Assembly (NCBI GenBank): GCA_964438505.1
Contig: CAYTKN010000015.1
Span: 1,883-65,882 of the forward strand
Reading direction: 5' to 3'
Length of the DNA stretch: 64,000 nt
Source: an uncultured Burkholderiales bacterium
Lineage (GTDB): Bacteria; Actinomycetota; Acidimicrobiia; IMCC26256; JACPCJ01
In this document: positions 8,990-17,955 of the stretch, piece after piece
Position numbering within the stretch: the first letter of the stretch is position 1
Layout: the number at the start of each line of letters is the position of its first letter
The notes under the pieces: model-generated
Database searches by the model: none
Told to the model about the DNA's origin: nothing
What the model saw: the letters and a program-made list of their open reading frames with translations, nothing else
Translations under genes and position numbers: made by a program

Positions 8990-9847
8990 ATGGCCGAGAA
9001 GCGCAGCGACACGACGAGGACGCCACGGCGGGCGAGGAGCCGGACGGGGACCCGCGCGACGACCGGGTCCGGGAGCGGACAGCGCAGGCGCCGGCCGGTG
9101 CGCGCCGGCGAGCGGCGGGGCGGGGACGGCGGCCGCGGGGAGCCGCTGCTGCGCATCCGCGAGCTGCGCTCCGGCTACGGGACCCTCCCGGTGCTCCACG
9201 GCATCGACCTCGACGTCGGCGAGGGCGAGACGGTCGTCCTCCTCGGCCTCAACGGCGCGGGCAAGACCACCACGGGGCTGAACATCTGCGGGGTGGTGCA
9301 ACCCTGGAGCGGCTCGGTCACCTTCGACGGACGCGACATCACCACGTGGGGCACCCAGCGGTGCGTCGACGCGGGCATCGTCATGATCCCCGAGGGCCGC
9401 CGGGTCTTCCCGGACCTCAGCGTCGAGAAGAACCTCCAGGTGGGCGCCTGGTCCAAGCGCTCGGAGGCCGGGTGGTTCGAGTCCCAGCGCGACGTCGTGT
9501 TCGGCTACTTCGAGCGGCTGCGGGAGCGGCGGAACCAGATGGCGGGGACGCTCTCGGGTGGCGAGCAGCAGATGCTGGCCATCGCCAGGGGCCTGATGGC
9601 ACGCCCGCGGCTGCTGATCATCGACGAGGCCTCCATGGGGCTCGCCCCGGTGATCGTGAAGGACCTCTTCGACATCGTCCACCAGATCAACGAGGACGGC
9701 ACCACCGTCTTCATGATCGAGCAGAACGTGGCCGCCCTCGAGGTCGCCGACCTCGGACTGCTCATGGAGCAGGGGACGATCATCTCGGTGCTCTCGGGCG
9801 ACGACCTGCGGGACCCCACCGAGGTCCGCAAGGCGTTCCTCGGCTGA
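8990..9847 (+). CDS. livF: ABC transporter ATP-binding protein (LivF family) with an Arg-rich N-terminal extension
   Basis: It has Walker A (GLNGAGKTT), the LSGGEQQML signature, and an IIDEAS Walker B. The ATG lies 4 nt after the livG stop. The first ~55 aa are basic and disordered. Confidence 0.85.
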   Translation: MAEKRSDTTRTPRRARSRTGTRATTGSGSGQRRRRPVRAGERRGGDGGRGEPLLRIRELRSGYGTLPVLHGIDLDVGEGETVVLLGLNGAGKTTTGLNICGVVQPWSGSVTFDGRDITTWGTQRCVDAGIVMIPEGRRVFPDLSVEKNLQVGAWSKRSEAGWFESQRDVVFGYFERLRERRNQMAGTLSGGEQQMLAIARGLMARPRLLIIDEASMGLAPVIVKDLFDIVHQINEDGTTVFMIEQNVAALEVADLGLLMEQGTIISVLSGDDLRDPTEVRKAFLG

Positions 9848-9950
9848 GCTCCGAGGCGCGCCTGCTCCGGCCGGCTCGGCCGCCCCGAGGCGGCGCCTCG
9901 CGACGATGCCCCGAGAGGCTCCGAGATGCTCCGCGGAGCGTGCGCCGCGA

Positions 9951-10406
9951 CTAGGTGGTCTTCGTGCGGGCTCGCCTGGGCGCCTTGCCGGCCTTCGACC
10001 GCCGGGACCTCCCGGACCGTGAGGAACCGGCGCGTGAGGAGCCCGCGGAGCCGGCCTTCTCGGAGCTGCTCCCGGTGGCCTTCTTCGCGCGGCTCTCACG
10101 GAAGCTGCCGACCCGGTCGGGGGCTTCGCCGGCGGAGCCGTCCACGTCGCCGCCGAGGTGCTCGAGCAGCCGGTCGATCTTGGCGACGAGCTCGGCGGTG
10201 TCGCGCCGGCGAGCCTCGACCACCGCCACCGCGATCCCGATCGCGACGATGCCGAGCCCCGCGATGCCGCCGGAGATCAGGTAGGGGAGCTGGCCCTCGA
10301 CGAAGTCCCGCTCGGCGGCGCCGTTCCATCCCAGGAAGATCACGACGAAGCCGACCGCGACGATGCCGACGGCCACGTAGATGGTGCTCTTGTTGTCGAA
10401 CTTCAT
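9951..10406 (-). CDS. Small hypothetical membrane protein (2 predicted TM helices plus a Ser/Arg/Lys-rich tail)
   Basis: This is the internal ATG (MKFDNKSTIYVAVGIVAVGFVV..) of track ORF 9951..10655. Third-codon-position G/C is near-uniform downstream of 10406 and clearly mixed upstream. GAGGAG lies about 11 nt upstream of the ATG. Confidence 0.6.
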   Translation of the reverse strand: MKFDNKSTIYVAVGIVAVGFVVIFLGWNGAAERDFVEGQLPYLISGGIAGLGIVAIGIAVAVVEARRRDTAELVAKIDRLLEHLGGDVDGSAGEAPDRVGSFRESRAKKATGSSSEKAGSAGSSRAGSSRSGRSRRSKAGKAPRRARTKTT

Positions 10407-10512
10407 GGATCCCAGCGCTCCTCGGACGGGTCCGCCTCTGATCCTCGGGCGTCCCCGGGCGGGTCCGCCTCCCGGCAGGCTACCCGGTGGACCGGAACCG
10501 GCGCTCGGTGCA

Positions 10513-10614
10513 CCCTGTCCCGGTGCGCCCTGTCCCGGTGCGCCCTGCCCGTCCCGTTTCGATCCTGTCCGTGCCGTTTCGATCCTGTCCGTGCCGTTTC
10601 GATCCTGTCCGTGC
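10513..10614. repeat. Two adjacent intergenic tandem repeats: a 15-bp unit x ~2.5 and a 20-bp unit x 3 (perfect)
   Basis: ccctgtcccggtgcg occurs at 10513-10527 and 10528-10542, followed by a degenerate third copy. cgtttcgatcctgtccgtgc occurs at 10555-10574, 10575-10594 and 10595-10614, all identical. Confidence 0.9.
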
Positions 10615-10651
10615 CTCGTTCCCTCGTTCGACGCCGGGTGGTCGGGATCCC

Positions 10652-11902
10652 TCACGTCACGTCGAGGGAGCGGAACACCAGGCCGGTGCTGGGCTTGGGG
10701 TGGAAGAAGGTGGTCTTCTGGGGCATCAGGGCGCGCCGCTGGGCGACCGCCTGGATGGTCGGGACGTCCACCGGGCGGAGCAGCACCGCCGCGACGGCGT
10801 CACCCTTGCGGACGAGGTCGGCCACCGCGGCGGCCGAGTGCCGGTACTCGACCTCGGCGCCGAGATCCTCCAGGCCGGGCGCGACGGCGGCCTCGAACCG
10901 GGCGGTGTCCACCGTGCGGAGCGGTTCCGGCTCGTCGGCGAGCACGGGGTCGAGCACGTCGGAGCGGGGGACGAGCAGCGCGACGCCCTCGCCGTCGACG
11001 AGCGCGGGGCACTCCGCCTCGAGCATGCGTGCCTCGACGTCGGCCACCACGTCGGGCTCGTTGGGACCCACGTCGACCACCTCGAACCACGGCTCCACCA
11101 CGGTGCGGACCGGGGTTCCACCTTCCAGGTTCCGGATCACCCGGTGGATCGGCTGGACCGCCAGCTCGTCGGCCGAGAGCTCCACGACGAGCGCCATGAT
11201 GCGGTCGTGCTCTCCCGGGCCGTCACCGGCCTCGTGGCGCTCGTTCCGGTAGTGGAGGGAGGTCTCGTAGCGGTGGTGGCCGTCCGCGAGCACGACCGGC
11301 GCTGCGGTGACCGCCTCCGCGATCGACTGGACGGCTGCGGGCGCGACGATCGGTCGGAGCTCGTGGCGGGCGCCCCGGGTGTCGGTGACCACGGCGACCG
11401 GGGCCTCGGCGTCGTCGAGCAGCTCGGTCAGACCGGGAGCGAGCGAGAGGCCCCAGATGGGCTCCAGGTTGGCCCGTGTCGTGCGCAGCAGCTCGAGGCG
11501 GTCGCCCTTGGGCTTGGGCATCGTCCGCTCGTGGGGGAGGACGTCGCCGTCGCCCGGCCGGAGCAGCTCGAGGGCACCGACGACGCCGGTGGTGGTCCGC
11601 ACCCGGCCGTCGTCGTCGACGAGCTCGGAGCGGTATCGGTAGAAGCGGGGTTGCGGGTCGGCCACGAGGACCCGCTCGTCGATCCACCGGGCGAGCAGCT
11701 CGGCGGCGCGCTCGTAGCGGTCGCCGGGCTCGACGTCGGCGGGGAGGGTGAGGTGGACGGCGTTGTGCTCGTCGAGCTCGCCGAGGCGCGCACGGCGCTC
11801 GGGGTCGATCACGTCGTATGGTGGAGCGGCCACCGGGGTGAGGTCGGGGCCGAAGCGTTCGGTGTCGTAGCGGATCCCTCGGAACGGCCGGAAATCAGGC
11901 AC
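10652..11902 (-). CDS. DUF1015 family protein
   Basis: The GTG at 11902 is in frame in track ORF 10652..12133. The product begins VPDFRPFRGIRYD...VAAPPYDVID, the typical DUF1015 N-terminus. The ~416 aa length fits the family. Confidence 0.75.
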   Translation of the reverse strand: MPDFRPFRGIRYDTERFGPDLTPVAAPPYDVIDPERRARLGELDEHNAVHLTLPADVEPGDRYERAAELLARWIDERVLVADPQPRFYRYRSELVDDDGRVRTTTGVVGALELLRPGDGDVLPHERTMPKPKGDRLELLRTTRANLEPIWGLSLAPGLTELLDDAEAPVAVVTDTRGARHELRPIVAPAAVQSIAEAVTAAPVVLADGHHRYETSLHYRNERHEAGDGPGEHDRIMALVVELSADELAVQPIHRVIRNLEGGTPVRTVVEPWFEVVDVGPNEPDVVADVEARMLEAECPALVDGEGVALLVPRSDVLDPVLADEPEPLRTVDTARFEAAVAPGLEDLGAEVEYRHSAAAVADLVRKGDAVAAVLLRPVDVPTIQAVAQRRALMPQKTTFFHPKPSTGLVFRSLDVT

Positions 11903-12017
11903 GTCGCTCCCGTCGGTCGCGGTCCGCCGGGATTGTCGCACAGCCGACCGTGGCCCACGCGAAACCGGCGAGCGAGGTGCCACGACGGGTCGTGGGACGA
12001 CGACGGGGAGGTCACCG

Positions 12018-12374
12018 ATGGCGACGAGGAGCGCGTACGAGGAGTTCGGCCGGGGCCTCGACCTGCTCCGCGACGGGCATCCCCACGCCGCCGTGCAGCC
12101 GCTCGAGCGCGCCCGGGAGCTGGAGCCGACCAAGAGCTCGATCCGGGAGGCCCTCGCGCGCGCCTACTTCAACTCGCAGCAGGTCGGCGCGGCCCGGGAG
12201 GAGTTCTCGAGCACCCTCGAGATCGACCCCGCCAACGACTACGCGCACTTCGGCCTCGGCCTGGCGTTGCTGCGCCTCGGCGACCTCCCGGCGGCTCGCG
12301 GGCACCTCAAGCTGGCCGTCGTCATGAACCCCGAGGAGGAGCACTACGCGAGGGCCCTCGCCCGCGCGACGTAG
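12018..12374 (+). CDS. Tetratricopeptide (TPR) repeat protein
   Basis: The 118-aa product has a TPR-like periodicity (..ALARAYFNSQQVGAAREEFSSTLEIDPANDYAHFGLGLALLRLGDLPAARGHLKLAV..). GGGGAGG lies upstream of the ATG. Confidence 0.7.
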   Translation: MATRSAYEEFGRGLDLLRDGHPHAAVQPLERARELEPTKSSIREALARAYFNSQQVGAAREEFSSTLEIDPANDYAHFGLGLALLRLGDLPAARGHLKLAVVMNPEEEHYARALARAT

Positions 12375-12408
12375 CCCCAGGCCCCAGTTCCTGCACACAC
12401 CGGAAGTG

Positions 12409-13221
12409 TCAGGCGCCCCAGCCCGGGACGGGGCGGGGTTTCGGCGGTCCGCTCGCCCGGAGCATCCACGCCACGAGCACGCCGACGACGAACCCGCCGA
12501 TGTGCGCGGCGACCGCCACACCGCTGCTGGGGTTGAAGACGTCGAGGAACTGGAGCAGGAACCAGATCCCGAGGACCACCGCGGCCGGGAGCCGGACGAA
12601 GTGGATGAAGAAGAAGATCGGGATCACCGAGAGGACGCGGGCGTGGGGGAACAGCACCAGGTAGGCGCCCATGATCCCCGCGATCGCGCCCGACGCCCCG
12701 ACCACCGGCACGACCGAGCCCGGGTTGAGGAACACGTGGGCGAAGGTCGCGAGGATCCCCGCCACGAGGTAGAAGACCGCGAAGCCGAACGAGCCGAAGC
12801 GGTCCTCGATGTTGTTGCCGAAGATCCACAGGAACAGCATGTTGCCGCCGAGGTGCAGGAGACCCCCGTGCATGAACATCGAGAAGAGGATCGAGAGGGG
12901 GACGCTCTTGTCGGGGAAGAGCTCGCGGGCTCCGCGGTCATCGACGCCCACGTCGGCCGGGTCGCACTCACCGGTGGCGAGCTGGGCCTCGTCGAGGGGG
13001 GTGAGGGAGGTGACCTCGCAGGGCACGGCCGCGTGCTCGTAGAGGAACCGCTGCTGCTCGACCTGCGCCTCGACCGCGGACTGCCGCGACTCCGAGGGGA
13101 GCAGGCCGATGCCGCTGCCCGGCTGCACGAAGAAGAACACGAACACGTTCGCCACGAGCACGGCGATCGTGACCACCGCCCTCCGCCGCGTCGGGTTCTC
13201 GTCGCGCAACGGGATGACCAT
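12409..13221 (-). CDS. Rhomboid family intramembrane serine protease
   Basis: It has the rhomboid motifs HGGLLHLGGNMLFLWIFG, GASGAIAGIMGAY (catalytic Ser) and a downstream His (AHIGGF), with 6-7 TM segments. Confidence 0.85.
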   Translation of the reverse strand: MVIPLRDENPTRRRAVVTIAVLVANVFVFFFVQPGSGIGLLPSESRQSAVEAQVEQQRFLYEHAAVPCEVTSLTPLDEAQLATGECDPADVGVDDRGARELFPDKSVPLSILFSMFMHGGLLHLGGNMLFLWIFGNNIEDRFGSFGFAVFYLVAGILATFAHVFLNPGSVVPVVGASGAIAGIMGAYLVLFPHARVLSVIPIFFFIHFVRLPAAVVLGIWFLLQFLDVFNPSSGVAVAAHIGGFVVGVLVAWMLRASGPPKPRPVPGWGA

Positions 13222-13343
13222 GGCCTCCGCAGGGTACTGGTATCCTCACCGTCCATGGCGCAGGCGTCGAAGCAGCTCCGCGGAGCCGGGATGCGGCTCA
13301 CGAGCCGGAAGTCCTCGTCGGACTCCGGGTAGCGGACGGGCGA

Positions 13344-14222
13344 GTGGCTCGGCGCCGCCGCCTCGACGTGGAGATCGTTCGCCGTGGCCTCCTCCCGAGC
13401 CGGGCGCAGGCCGCGACGGCGGTCGCGGAGCGCCAGGTGCTGGTCTCGGGTGCGATCGCGGAGAAGACGAGCCGCCTCGTCGACCCGGGCGAGCCGATCG
13501 ACCTCCGAGCGCCGAGGAGGTACGCCTCGCGGGGCGGCCACAAGCTGGAGGCCGCCCTCGATCGGTTCGGCATCGAGGTGGCGGGCCTGCGCTGCCTCGA
13601 CGTGGGTGCCTCGACCGGCGGCTTCACCGACTGCCTCCTCCAGCGCGGCGCCCGCGAGGTCGTCGCGCTCGACGTCGGGCGCGGCCAGCTCGACGGTCGC
13701 CTCCGCGGCGACCTCCGCGTCGAGGTCCGCGAGGGGGTCAACGCCCGCCACCTGGAGGCCGAGCACGTGGGCGAGCCGGTGGACCTCGTGACCGTCGACG
13801 TCTCGTTCATCTCGGTCGCCCTCGTGGCTCCCGCGCTGGTGCCGCTGTTCCGCCCCGGCGCTCGCGGGGTGGTCCTGGTGAAGCCGCAGTTCGAGGCGGG
13901 TCCCGAGCAGGTCGGCCGCGGTGGGATCGTCCGCGACGAGGACGTCCACCGAGCGGTGCTCCGGAAGGTCACCGGCGCGCTCGGGCGCGAGGGCCTCGAG
14001 GTCACCGCTCTGGCGCCCTCGCCGGTGCGGGGCCGGGAGGGCAACGTCGAGTTCCTCGCCGCCGTCGCCGCGCGACCGGCTCCGTCCCCCGACGGGGGGA
14101 GCGGCGCGCGGGCGGTGGACGACGCAGCGATCGCAGCGGCGGTGGCCGAGGCGCACCGGGCTCCGGACCGGGAGCCGGGCCCGGAGACAGACCGGGCGCC
14201 CGACCGGGAGGGGGGTCGGTGA
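13344..14222 (+). CDS. tlyA: TlyA family rRNA 2'-O-methyltransferase (hemolysin A family)
   Basis: It has an S4-like N-terminus (RLDVEIVRRGL..SRAQA) and a SAM-binding DVGASTGGFTDCLLQRGA motif. It is followed by nadK and recN, as in other actinobacteria. Confidence 0.85.
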   Translation: MARRRRLDVEIVRRGLLPSRAQAATAVAERQVLVSGAIAEKTSRLVDPGEPIDLRAPRRYASRGGHKLEAALDRFGIEVAGLRCLDVGASTGGFTDCLLQRGAREVVALDVGRGQLDGRLRGDLRVEVREGVNARHLEAEHVGEPVDLVTVDVSFISVALVAPALVPLFRPGARGVVLVKPQFEAGPEQVGRGGIVRDEDVHRAVLRKVTGALGREGLEVTALAPSPVRGREGNVEFLAAVAARPAPSPDGGSGARAVDDAAIAAAVAEAHRAPDREPGPETDRAPDREGGR

Positions 14223-15073
14223 CCGCCGTCGGGCTGGTGCCCCACCCGGGTCGGCCGGCCGCCAAGGAGCTGGCGCTGCGCGTGGCCGGCGTCCTCGCGG
14301 CGCGCGACGTGGAGGTGCGGGTGCCCGAACCCGACGCGGCGGCGGTGGGTCTCGAGCGCCACGGCGTCGACGCGGAGCGCTTCGGCGAGGGTCTCGACTT
14401 CGCGGTGTCGCTGGGCGGGGACGGCACGATGCTGCGCACCGTCGACCTCGTCTACGAGGCGCAGGTGCCGGTCCTCGGCGTCAACCTCGGTCAGCTCGGG
14501 TTCCTCACCGACGTCGAGCCCGACGACGTCGAGACCTCGATCGAGCGGGTCCTCGACGGCGACCACGCCATCGAGGAGCGGATGGTGGTGCGGGTCGAGG
14601 TCGAGTCGCAGGGGAGCGCGCGGGGCTCCTGGTGGGCGCTCAACGAGTGCCTGATCGAGAAGGCGCACTCGGGTCGCCTCGTGCGCCTCGCCGTCTCGGT
14701 GGGCGGGGACTTCTTCACGACCTACGCGGCCGACGGCATGATCGTCGCCACCCCCACCGGCTCGACCGCCTACGCCTTCTCGGTGCGGGGGCCGATCATC
14801 TCGCCCAGCCTCCGGTGCCTGCTCGTCACGCCCGTCTCGCCGCACATGCTCTTCGACCGCTCGCTCGTCCTCGGCAGCGAGGAGGACGTCGGCCTCGAGG
14901 TGGTCGAGGAGCCCGAGGTCGAGCTGTCGGTGGACGGACGCACCCTGGGCAGCCTCGACGTCGGGGACGTCGTGACCTGCCGGTCGGGACGGCGGCCGGC
15001 ACGGTTGATCGTGTTCTCCGAGCGCCACTTCCACCAGATGCTCAAGGCGAAGTTCGGGCTGGCGGACCGCTGA
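14219..15073 (+). CDS. nadK: NAD kinase
   Basis: The GTG at 14219 forms a GTGA overlap with the tlyA stop and is in frame in track ORF 13109..15073. It has the GGDGTML and ATPTGSTAY motifs. Confidence 0.88.
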   Translation: MTAVGLVPHPGRPAAKELALRVAGVLAARDVEVRVPEPDAAAVGLERHGVDAERFGEGLDFAVSLGGDGTMLRTVDLVYEAQVPVLGVNLGQLGFLTDVEPDDVETSIERVLDGDHAIEERMVVRVEVESQGSARGSWWALNECLIEKAHSGRLVRLAVSVGGDFFTTYAADGMIVATPTGSTAYAFSVRGPIISPSLRCLLVTPVSPHMLFDRSLVLGSEEDVGLEVVEEPEVELSVDGRTLGSLDVGDVVTCRSGRRPARLIVFSERHFHQMLKAKFGLADR

Positions 15074-15074
15074 C

Positions 15075-16745
15075 GTGCTGACCGAGCTGCGGGTCGAGGA
15101 CCTGGGGGTGATCGAGGAGCTGGGCCTCGTCCTCGGTCCCGGGATGACGGTGCTCAGCGGCGAGACCGGCGCCGGGAAGACGCTCGTCGTGGAGGCGATC
15201 GAGCTGCTCGTCGGCGCTCGCGCCGACACGTCGCTCGTGCGCTCGGGAGCGGACGAGGCCAGGGTCGAGGCCCGCTTCGAGCTCGACGACGCCCTGTCCG
15301 AGCGCATCGCCGCGGATCCGGCCCTCGAGAGCCTGGACGTCGGCTCGGGTGAGCTGGTGCTCACCCGCGTCGTCGCCGAGGGGCGGAGCCGGGCGTACGT
15401 CGACGGCCGGGTCGTGCCGGTCGGGCTCCTCGGTGAGCTGGGCCGCCATCTCGTCGACCTGCACGGCCAGCACACCCACCACGCGCTGTTGAGCCCGGGG
15501 GCGCAGCGCGCCGCCCTCGACCGCTACGCCGGCGCCGCCGCGGCGGACACCCTCGACTAGGACCTCCGGGAGCGCGAGCGGCTGCTCGAGATCGCCGACG
15601 AGCTGGCGGAGCTCGGCGGCGACCAGCGCGAGCGCGCCCGCGAGATCGAGCTCCTCGCGTTCCAGATCGAAGAGATCGACGCCGCGGAGATCCGCGGTCC
15701 CGGCGACGACGAGGAGCTGGCGCGCGAGGAGCGCCTCCTCTCCGACGCGGGCGCGCTGCGCGACGCCTCCCGCGAGGCGCACGAGATCCTCGAGGCCGGC
15801 GGGCTCGACGCGGTCGGAGGCGCCGTCAAGGCGCTCGAGGGCCGGGAGCACTTCGCCGACTCGCTCGAGCGCCTCCGCGTCCTCCAGGACGAGCTGGCCG
15901 ACCTCGCTCGCGGCATCCGGGTCGCGGGGGAGGGGATCGAGGAGGACCCGGAGCGCCTCGCCGAGGTGCAGGCGCGCCGCGCGCGCCTCGCCGAGCTGCG
16001 CCGGAAGTACGGAGCGACGCTCTCGGAGGTGCTCGCGTACCGCGACGACGCCGAGGCGCGCCGCGGCCACCTCGAGCACGCCGGGGCACGCGCCGGCGAG
16101 CTGGAGGAGGAGCGCGCGGCCGTCCTGGAGCGGGCGCGCGGCGCCGCGAGGCGCCTGAGCGAGGTCCGCCGGGACGCCGCCGGGGGCCTCGGCGAGGCGA
16201 TCAGCGAGGTGCTCGTCGAGCTGGCGATGCCCTCGGCGGAGTTCTCGGTGGAGGTCGAGTCCCGGGAGGTCGGCGACGACCTGCCACGCGACGGCGCCGA
16301 CGACGTGCGCTTCCTGCTCAGCGCCAACCGCGGCGAGGTGCCCCAGCCCCTCTCCCGCGTGGCCTCCGGCGGGGAGCTGGCGCGTACGATGCTCGCGGCC
16401 CGGGTCGTGCTCACCGAGGCGCCGCCCACGCTCGTCTTCGACGAGGTCGACGCGGGCATCGGCGGGGAGGCCGGCGTGGCGGTGGGACGGAGGCTGGCGG
16501 TGGTGGCACGCGGGCACCAGGTCCTCTGTGTCACGCACCTCGCGCAGGTCGCGGCGCACGCGGACGCGCAGGTGGTCGTGACCAAGCACGAGCACGAGGG
16601 ACGCACGCGCGCCGAGGCGCGACCGGTCGAGGGGAGCGAGCGGGTGGCCGAGCTGTCGCGGATGCTGGCGGGCAGCGGCACGGAGGCGGCCCGCGACCAC
16701 GCGGAGGAGCTGCTCGTGGCGGCGAGACGGGAACGCGGACGATGA
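15075..16745 (+). pseudogene. recN: DNA repair protein RecN interrupted by one in-frame TAG (codon 162, nt 15558-15560)
   Basis: Track ORFs 15075..15560 (N-terminus with Walker A GETGAGKT) and 15966..16745 (C-terminus with SGGELARTMLA, LVFDEVDAGIGG) share one frame. My translation of 15561-15965 is open and reads as RecN coiled-coil (..ERLAEVQARRARLAELRRKYG..). The total of 556 codons equals a normal RecN length. Confidence 0.85.
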
Positions 16746-16757
16746 GGCGGCGCTGCG

Positions 16758-17939
16758 GTGGACGCGCCCGCGCGCGTGTGTGAAGCCGTGGACGTCGAGA
16801 CCTCCACCGTCCGGGCGCCCTGCCGGATCGACCGGCGGACGAAGCGGATCATCCGCCGGATCCAGCCCGGCGAGATCGCGGTGATCGACCACCGCGACGT
16901 CGACCGCGTGGCGGCCGAGGGCCTGGTCGACCGGGAGGTCGTCGCCGTGGTGAACGCCGCACCCTCCATCTCCGGCCGCTACCCGAACCAGGGCCCCCGG
17001 GTGCTCGTCGGGGGCGGCATCGTGCTCGTCGACGGCGTCGGCTCGGAGCTCCTCGAGATCCTCGACGAGGGCGACGAGATCCGGATCGAGGGCGCCGAGA
17101 TCTGGCGGGGCGGGGAGCTGGTCGCTCGCGGCGTCCTCCAGACCGCCGAGACCGTCGAGGAGTCGATGCGCCGGGCGCACCGGGCGATCGGCGACGAGCT
17201 CGAGCGGTTCGCCGAGAACACCCTGGACTACATCCGCTCCGAGGCGCGCCTCACGTTCGAGCCCCTCGAGCTGCCGCCGCTGCGCACCGCCTTCGAGGGT
17301 CGCCACGCCCTCGTGGTGGTCCGGGGCCACGACTACAAGGACGACCTGCGCGCGCTGCGGCCCTACATCACCGAGTTCAAGCCGGTCCTCGTCGGCGTCG
17401 ACGGCGGCGCCGACGCCCTGCTCGACGCGGGCCTCACACCCGAGGTGATCACCGGAGACTTCGACTCGCTCTCGGAGCGGGCCGTGCGCTGCGGCGCGGA
17501 GCTGGTCCACCACGTGCACCCCGACGGCCGCGCGCCGGGACGCGAGGAGCTGCTGGCGTGGGGCGTCGACTACCACGAGTTCGTCGCCGAGGGGATGAGC
17601 GAGGACGTGGCCATGCTCCTCGCCTACGAGGCGGGCGCGACCCTCATCGTCGCCGTCGGCACCCACGCGACGATGGTCGAGTTCCTCGACAAGGGCCGCA
17701 AGGGGATGGCCTCGACGTTCCTCACCCGTCTGCGCCTCGGGCCGGTCCTCGTCGACGCCAAGGGTGTCAACCGCCTCTACGAGGCGCGCATCCGGCGCCT
17801 CGACGTGGTGCTGCTCGTCGCGGCGGCGGTGTTCGCCGTGCTCGTCATCGTGCTGGTCTCGGAGCCGCTCCAGGTGTTCCTGCGGGGCATCGAGGTGACC
17901 CTGCGGGACCTGTGGTTCTCGATCACGGACGCGTTCTGA
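16758..17939 (+). CDS. steA: SteA-like putative cytokinetic ring protein (thiamine pyrophosphokinase-like domain, C-terminal TM)
   Basis: The sequence resembles the actinobacterial SteA/Rv1697 family (..VDGGADALLDAGLTPEVITGDFDS..). It has a C-terminal TM helix and sits directly after recN. Confidence 0.7.
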   Translation: MDAPARVCEAVDVETSTVRAPCRIDRRTKRIIRRIQPGEIAVIDHRDVDRVAAEGLVDREVVAVVNAAPSISGRYPNQGPRVLVGGGIVLVDGVGSELLEILDEGDEIRIEGAEIWRGGELVARGVLQTAETVEESMRRAHRAIGDELERFAENTLDYIRSEARLTFEPLELPPLRTAFEGRHALVVVRGHDYKDDLRALRPYITEFKPVLVGVDGGADALLDAGLTPEVITGDFDSLSERAVRCGAELVHHVHPDGRAPGREELLAWGVDYHEFVAEGMSEDVAMLLAYEAGATLIVAVGTHATMVEFLDKGRKGMASTFLTRLRLGPVLVDAKGVNRLYEARIRRLDVVLLVAAAVFAVLVIVLVSEPLQVFLRGIEVTLRDLWFSITDAF

Positions 17940-17955
17940 CGGCGACGAGGCACCC

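Noticed and set aside
10513-10614. A possible CRISPR array, also considered for 29109-29144 and 44598-44662.
   Set aside because: The repeats are head-to-tail with no spacers, the units are only 12-20 bp, and no cas genes are present in the window.
10407-10655. An N-terminal extension of the small membrane protein ORF containing (GQGAP)3.
   Set aside because: Third-position G/C drops markedly upstream of the ATG at 10406. The 20-bp repeat period is not a multiple of three. A GAGGAG Shine-Dalgarno sequence precedes the internal ATG. I therefore treat this stretch as a non-coding tandem repeat.
15558-15560. TAG in recN as evidence of stop-codon reassignment or pyrrolysine-type recoding.
   Set aside because: TAG terminates several well-delimited genes in the same window (stops at 4024, 12374, 31230, 35301 and 35675), and no pyl genes are seen. 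A local mutation or a sequencing error is more parsimonious.
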